From contig JAGFJO010000044.1 in assembly GCA_024102635.1 (NCBI GenBank), positions 26,453 to 90,452 on the forward strand: 64,000 nucleotides of DNA, written 5' to 3'. The DNA comes from Deltaproteobacteria bacterium (GTDB lineage Bacteria > Bdellovibrionota_C > UBA2361 > JAGFJO01). Numbering within the stretch: position 1 is the stretch's first letter; the number at the start of each line of letters is the position of its first letter. This document shows positions 59,115 through 64,000 of this stretch, piece by piece. A model generated the notes under the pieces. The model had not been told where the DNA came from. It saw only the letters and a program-made list of their open reading frames with translations, and did not search any database. Both the position numbers and the translations under genes were made by a program.

Positions 59115-61142
59115 ATGAAAATTTTAAGGCGGTTAAAAAAGCAGTCGGGAATCTATATAGTCGCAACTGTAGCAGTGGTAGTAGCGCTTATTGCGCTTGC
59201 CATTCTAGTGGTCGGAGTGGGGTATCGCGCCGGAGACAAGGTGCTGCTGCAGAATATCGCTAATCTGCTTTCATTAGGCGCTATGGAGGCATACTCCACC
59301 TCAACTAGTCAGGTATATAGCGACAAGGTCGCGGCCGGCATTGCTCGTGCTAATGTGCTGGTTCAACGTAATACCATCAAGGGCATTAGCTCCAGCGGGC
59401 TTGCTGAGGTCGGCTATGCAGGCGAGGGAAAGGATGGTGGCGATATAGAGTTTGGGCTGTGGCATGAGAAGTATACAGCAGCAGAGCCTTGCGGCAGCGA
59501 TCCTAAGAACTACCCATGCTTCATAAGAAATGAATCACCTCTAGCGATAACTGCGCCGAACCCATCCGCCAATGCAGTGTTTCTACGCTTAAGAAATCCC
59601 TCTACTAATCCCATAGTGGCGCCTTTAGTGGGAAACCTAGGGACGGTAGAGGTTGAAAGCTATGCCATCATGGTGCCGCGCTGCCTTGCTAACTTAATGG
59701 ACCTTTCGTACTCGGTAGTGCAACAAACGCACCCCGCTTGCGAGGGGAAATGTTATTCTCTCACTGGAGGTAATCCCCAAGCGGTTCCTACCCACCCGGA
59801 CTACCGGCGGCAAGGTTTTTTCGCGTATTCAGGTTTTGTGAATTCAGCGCTGGATTGCAGTAACCTCGCCCCATATACGGATTTTCCGGCGCTGACAAAT
59901 CTCTACTCTGCCATCTATTGGTGCAGCATGCCGCAACTCCGCTCCAGCGATCCTACAAATGGCACTAACCCCAGATATTTCTTCCGAGAGGACTTTGATT
60001 TCGAAGACCGTCCTGGCGGAGGGTATATGATCGACAAGGTGCGCACTCCACAGCCCTTTGCCACCTATCTCTCCGCGATGAACGGGGCACTGCGATTAAT
60101 TAAACAAACCAGTACACAGGGCGATAAAGCGATGTTGGCGGGCTTTACAGGCCTGAAAGACTTTAGGGCTAGGGTCCCCGGTACAAAACCGGATGGAACC
60201 GATGAGCCGGATACCCTTACAAATGAGATTGATTACCTTATCCAGCTTACCAATCCGAATAATATACTCTCGCCTAAAGTGTACCCTAACTTTCTTAACG
60301 CCGGTCTCATTCCGATCTACTCTAGAGATCAGAATGAATCAGGAACGAATCTTGTTGCAGCGATTTTTAACGCCGCACAGTCGATAGCTGACAGATCGCA
60401 ATGTGAAGAGATAGCTAAGAAATCGATAATTGTGGCGACAGACGGAATGGCAACTTGCGGGCCTATAGCTGGGCACACCGACCCGAAGACTAAAGAAGAA
60501 TTGGGAGCTGTACTTTATAGCTGTGATGCCGCCGATTATACCCGGTACAGTACGCAAGAAGCACTGCTTCTCGGAATTCTTAAGGACTATCTTATTGAGA
60601 ATAAAATTGCTGTTTCGTTTCTCATGGATAGTAACATAATCAATCCACATTTTCTGGATATATCAAAAAACCCAGACCCTAGCTCGGGAGGCCCATACTA
60701 TACGTTAGATGAACTGCGGCTAAGAGGTTACGGCATCCATTCCACAAAACCGCTATTCGAAACGCAAGCTACATGTGGCGGCGTCAATTGCACCGACGCT
60801 GAAGCTTATGAAGGGATCGGCACTGGGGGAGAGAATTTTACCTTTCCTAGGCCCCTTGCAACTCTGGGGCAGTTAGCATTGGAAACAGGAGGGGTGATTT
60901 GTCCCTTGCTCCAGCAGTGTGCTCCATCTGATTGCCCTGCCTGCACCGGTGGTTGTTACGATTCCGCCAAGAAAGATGGAGGGTACCCTACTCTAAAGGA
61001 CTGCGCGCGGCAGCATAACCGAGTGCAGACGTGCTCTTACATTGATGGGAATAAGACACAGCAGGCCGCTTACTGTGCTACCAAGGCTGTAGGGGGAAAC
61101 CCTTTTGCGCTAAGGGAGCCTGCATTTGTAACGGGGCCTTAG
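59115..61142 (+). CDS. TadG-like pilus-associated protein with vWA-like domain
   Basis: N-terminus MKILRRLKKQSGIYIVATVAVVVALIALAILVVGVGY of TadG type; 675 aa; a metal-binding-like block (IVATDGMATCG) inside. Confidence 0.55.
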   Translation: MKILRRLKKQSGIYIVATVAVVVALIALAILVVGVGYRAGDKVLLQNIANLLSLGAMEAYSTSTSQVYSDKVAAGIARANVLVQRNTIKGISSSGLAEVGYAGEGKDGGDIEFGLWHEKYTAAEPCGSDPKNYPCFIRNESPLAITAPNPSANAVFLRLRNPSTNPIVAPLVGNLGTVEVESYAIMVPRCLANLMDLSYSVVQQTHPACEGKCYSLTGGNPQAVPTHPDYRRQGFFAYSGFVNSALDCSNLAPYTDFPALTNLYSAIYWCSMPQLRSSDPTNGTNPRYFFREDFDFEDRPGGGYMIDKVRTPQPFATYLSAMNGALRLIKQTSTQGDKAMLAGFTGLKDFRARVPGTKPDGTDEPDTLTNEIDYLIQLTNPNNILSPKVYPNFLNAGLIPIYSRDQNESGTNLVAAIFNAAQSIADRSQCEEIAKKSIIVATDGMATCGPIAGHTDPKTKEELGAVLYSCDAADYTRYSTQEALLLGILKDYLIENKIAVSFLMDSNIINPHFLDISKNPDPSSGGPYYTLDELRLRGYGIHSTKPLFETQATCGGVNCTDAEAYEGIGTGGENFTFPRPLATLGQLALETGGVICPLLQQCAPSDCPACTGGCYDSAKKDGGYPTLKDCARQHNRVQTCSYIDGNKTQQAAYCATKAVGGNPFALREPAFVTGP

Positions 61143-61367
61143 GGCTTCTTTTACACTAACCCTTTGTATCCAATAGACAAGGAGGCCCTCAGCCGGCCTG
61201 ATCTGCGTCAATAAGTCCAGTAAGTCGGCGTTGTTGAATATTCTTGCGGCGTGATATACTGTACTCTGGTTCCGCTCTCTAGAGTTTGTCTTGATCGTGT
61301 TTGCTCTTGGCCTCTCTAGTTTGTGGCTTAATTGCTAAAGATTGGATCTCCTTCTGGAGGGGTTTAT

Positions 61368-61769
61368 ATGAGTAATCGTTTATATGTCGGGAATCTTCCT
61401 TACTCCGTTAATGATGGCGGGCTGCAAGAGATTTTCGCGCAAGCCGGACAAGTAGTATCGGCTAAGGTCGTTATCGATCGCGATAGCGGCAGAAGTAAAG
61501 GATTCGGCTTTGTCGAATTCGCAAGTGCTGACGACGCAGGCAAGGCGCTTGAACAGTTTGATGGCTATGAAATCGATGGCCGCAGAATGAAGGTCGCCGA
61601 GGCGCATCCACAGGATAGCGCTGGTGGCGGCGGAGGAGGCGGCGGCGGTGGACGCGGCGGGCCTCGTAGATTCGGCGGCGGAGGAGGCGGCGGTAAAGGC
61701 GGCTTCCGAAGCGGCGGGGGATCTCGCGGCGGTGGTGGCGGCGGACGCGGAAATTTCCGTCCTCGCTAA
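61368..61769 (+). CDS. RRM-type RNA-binding protein with Gly/Arg-rich C-terminal tail
   Basis: RNP-2 LYVGNLPYS, RNP-1 KGFGFVEF, (G)n RGG tail; GGAGG RBS. Confidence 0.85.
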   Translation: MSNRLYVGNLPYSVNDGGLQEIFAQAGQVVSAKVVIDRDSGRSKGFGFVEFASADDAGKALEQFDGYEIDGRRMKVAEAHPQDSAGGGGGGGGGGRGGPRRFGGGGGGGKGGFRSGGGSRGGGGGGRGNFRPR

Positions 61770-61825
61770 TCGACCGTAGTTCATCCTCGGGGCCGGTGTG
61801 GTAGTCTCAATACTGCGATAACCAC

Positions 61826-62254
61826 ATGACGGCCCCGCTTCACATCACATCCGGCATTACAGTTCCCGCCTCAGAGCTGACGCTCCGTTTCTCCCGATCT
61901 TCGGGAGCCGGGGGCCAGAACGTCAATAAAGTTAACTCCAAAGCATCGCTTATCTGGAGTCCCACAAGTACGAGAGCGCTTTCTCCCTCTCAGATAAGCC
62001 GTTTTACCAGCCGCTTTGGAACGCGAATCAATGTACGCGGCGAGCTGCGGCTCAGCTGCGACGCGCACCGCGATCAGGCAAAAAACATCGAGGAGTGCTA
62101 CCGCCGTCTTGCGTCTATGATTCGCGAGATTCTAGCACCGCCAAAAAAGAGAGTTAAAACCAAACCGGGGAAAGCAGTCAAAGAGCGCCTCCTTCAAGCG
62201 AAAAAGCGCCGCTCGCTTGCCAAAGCCTCACGCCGAAGGCCGGCGGTAGACTAG
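61826..62254 (+). CDS. arfB: Alternative ribosome-rescue factor B (peptidyl-tRNA hydrolase, YaeJ-like)
   Basis: GAGGQNVNKV GGQ motif; basic C-terminal tail. Confidence 0.8.
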   Translation: MTAPLHITSGITVPASELTLRFSRSSGAGGQNVNKVNSKASLIWSPTSTRALSPSQISRFTSRFGTRINVRGELRLSCDAHRDQAKNIEECYRRLASMIREILAPPKKRVKTKPGKAVKERLLQAKKRRSLAKASRRRPAVD

Positions 62255-62333
62255 TAAAATTCACTCTTATCGATTTTGCCCATCCAGAATAATTACGCTG
62301 GCCATCGGAATTGATAGTTAATACCATCCCGTC

Positions 62334-64000
62334 ATGGTAGCTTTCCGGCGCATTCAGTTTGCGACCCTTTTAGTGCTCGCCCTTGTTGTCGGCACGGTAC
62401 ATTTTATCTGCTTTGCTCCGGTCAGCATCATCTCTCCTCAAGTAGAGGCCTTCGAGAACCAGGCGCTTGATGTGATGTTTCGCCTTCGAGGTCCGCTACC
62501 GCCGCCAAATGACATTGTAGTGGTTGCTATGGACGAGGACAGCTACAACGTGCTGGATGTGCCGCTGAATCAGCCGCTCCCGCGAAGTGTTCATGCCCGC
62601 CTGCTTAAAGCATTAAAAGAATTCGGCGCGAAGCGGGTGGCTTTCGATATCCTATTTCTTGATCCCGGCGCCGATCCGGCTAGCGACGAGGCGCTGGCAG
62701 AGGCCATAAGCGGAATTCCCACCGTACTGGGCGTCGATTTCGGCATGGTTAGTGATACGCGGAGTCTTAAGTACTACCTACTGAGGCCGCTTGAGTTATT
62801 TGCTACTAAGGCCGCGCAGCTTGGGATCGTAGGCTTCAATGAGGACTTTGGCTACGTCAGGAGATTTTTTCGTTCTATACCGCCTGAGATCGGAACTTTT
62901 CCCACATTAGCAGAGGCTGCGGTAGCCGGTAGTGTACAAGACTTGCAGCTGCCTGACTCGCGCGCATTTATTAACTTCTATGGACCTCCGGGCACCATAC
63001 CTACTATTCCACTCTATCAGGTGGTTGATGAGGACGTGCCACCGGTCACCGTTCAAGCCCTTGACCGGGCGTTAAGGGATAAGGTTGTTTTTGTCGGACT
63101 TTCTCTTAAGACCGGCCTCGGGGCAGCGCAAAAGGACAGCTTCTTAACCTCCTTCGGTACACAGCAAAATATGTTCGGCGTTGAGATCCATGCGAACGCA
63201 GCCGGCAATCTCATAGCTGGAGATTGGATACGGCGAACCACATTGTTGCGAGAGGTCGGAGTATTAGGCTCAATCGCATTCGCCATGACAATTGCGCTTT
63301 TCGGTCTCAGGCCGCTTTGGGGCGGAATCCTATGGGTGAGCACGGTAACAGCATGGGCGGTTGTAGCCAATATTGCTTTCCGAAATGGTTTCTATGTGCC
63401 GGGAGCGTTTCTGATGTTAATTCTCCTGCCGCTTACCTATCTTAGCAGTACAGTGTACTACTACGCTTCCACACGTCTTAGTCAGCGGCGCCTTAAGAAG
63501 GCCTTTGAGTTTTACATCTCTCCTCACATGGCCGAGAACTTGGCGAAAAGCGGAGAGGTGCTCCGACTGGGAGGAGAGAAGGTGGAGGCTACTGCCCTTT
63601 TCACAGACATCCAAGGCTTTACCGCTGTCAGCGAGAAGCTGCAGGCAGAGGAAGTTGCAAGCATGCTAAATGCGTATTTTACCCAGGTCATGGATGCAGT
63701 GTTCGAGAATCAGGGAACGCTGATTAAATTCATCGGTGATGCTGTCTTTGTTCTTTGGGGGGCGCCTATAAAACTTTCCGACCATGCCGAACGGGCTTGC
63801 CGCACAGCTCTCATTATTCAGAGAGAGGTGAAGCGCTTCAATGAATCGGGCCGATTTCCGCCGCTCCATACCCGAATCGGTATTAACAGCGGGCCGATGG
63901 TTGTGGGAAATCTGGGCTCAGCTAAAAGATTCGATTTTACAGCTGTCGGTGATTCGGTAAACCTGGCCTCGCGTGTGGAAGGGCTTAACAAATACTTCGG
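62334..64000 (+). CDS. Second CHASE2-sensor class III adenylate/guanylate cyclase, 3' end beyond the window
   Basis: Same architecture as 28756-30789: TM, CHASE2, TM bundle, then ALFTDIQGFTAVSE...GDAVFVLWGAP; the reading frame is open to the window edge. Confidence 0.8.
   Translation, partial: MVAFRRIQFATLLVLALVVGTVHFICFAPVSIISPQVEAFENQALDVMFRLRGPLPPPNDIVVVAMDEDSYNVLDVPLNQPLPRSVHARLLKALKEFGAKRVAFDILFLDPGADPASDEALAEAISGIPTVLGVDFGMVSDTRSLKYYLLRPLELFATKAAQLGIVGFNEDFGYVRRFFRSIPPEIGTFPTLAEAAVAGSVQDLQLPDSRAFINFYGPPGTIPTIPLYQVVDEDVPPVTVQALDRALRDKVVFVGLSLKTGLGAAQKDSFLTSFGTQQNMFGVEIHANAAGNLIAGDWIRRTTLLREVGVLGSIAFAMTIALFGLRPLWGGILWVSTVTAWAVVANIAFRNGFYVPGAFLMLILLPLTYLSSTVYYYASTRLSQRRLKKAFEFYISPHMAENLAKSGEVLRLGGEKVEATALFTDIQGFTAVSEKLQAEEVASMLNAYFTQVMDAVFENQGTLIKFIGDAVFVLWGAPIKLSDHAERACRTALIIQREVKRFNESGRFPPLHTRIGINSGPMVVGNLGSAKRFDFTAVGDSVNLASRVEGLNKYF

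Noticed and set aside
61380-61784. 134-aa Ala/Ser-rich antisense ORF
   Set aside because: Mirror image of the GGC-rich glycine-tail coding region of the RRM protein; no RBS and no independent support.
1-64000. tRNA, rRNA, CRISPR, intact integrase or transposase genes
   Set aside because: I noticed no tRNA-like sequence, but this was not a systematic scan. No rRNA-like stretches and no transposase or full integrase ORFs are present. The only recombinase-like sequence is the truncated tail at 7544-7950.

Overview
This is about 64 kb of bacterial DNA at roughly 55% GC, gene-dense on both strands. The two tandem 287-aa flagellins resemble Bdellovibrio-type FliC, so I tentatively place the organism among Bdellovibrionota-like predators; this is inference only. 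The ORF track treats TTG and GTG as starts, so I moved several starts to a nearby ATG or GTG with a ribosome-binding site.

Content from left to right:
- 1-5.3 kb: a surface-polysaccharide cluster with two GT4 glycosyltransferases, a Wzy-like polymerase/ligase and a Wzx flippase.
- 5.4-8.8 kb: two secreted proteins, a PL1 pectate-lyase-like enzyme with an odd Pro-rich/poly-Lys tail and a protein whose C-terminus looks like a fragment of a tyrosine recombinase.
- 8.9-18.7 kb: housekeeping genes rsgA, ung, an acyl-CoA thioesterase, dsbD with a downstream redoxin, and mltA. A secreted vWA protein with four internal repeats sits after ung.
- 19.2-20.6 kb: a secreted FG-GAP-like protein.
- 20.9-26.8 kb: a cluster of extracytoplasmic redox genes. 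It contains a TlpA-like thioredoxin, a DUF4266 lipoprotein, a DUF3570 protein, katE, a periplasmic rhodanese and the FMN transferase apbE. I rate this the best candidate in the window for an undescribed functional system.
- 26.8-34.7 kb: rlmN, an SDR pseudogene with an internal deletion, a CHASE2 adenylate cyclase, a MqnC/MqnE-like radical SAM enzyme, a response regulator with tandem 15-bp repeats at its 5' end, and trpS behind a long AT-rich leader.
- 35.1-37 kb: two tandem flagellin genes, followed by an SLT-domain transglycosylase at 37.1-38.0 kb.
- 38.2-44.1 kb: a Ser/Thr kinase with an extracellular LamG domain, then a complete plasmid-type replication and partition module. The module is repA, an iteron array with 22-23 bp spacing, parA, parB and about 220 bp of tandem repeats. 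I read this as the origin of a secondary replicon (chromid or megaplasmid) that also carries core genes.
- 44.2-56.9 kb: folC, ispA, a short MGMT-family protein, a CysQ/IMPase-like protein, an LTXXQ periplasmic protein, a LEA_2 lipoprotein, tlyA, a GT51 transglycosylase with an unusually long membrane domain, bioB, a cNMP-binding protein and a membrane-anchored SGNH hydrolase.
- 57.0-61.1 kb: three Tad (Flp pilus) pseudopilin-like genes, one carrying a Thr/Pro-rich repeat of about 160 aa.
- 61.4-64 kb: an RRM/Gly-rich RNA-binding protein, arfB, and a second CHASE2 adenylate cyclase cut off by the window end.

I saw no rRNA genes or CRISPR arrays and noticed no tRNA-like sequence. Two good bidirectional rho-independent terminators are present.
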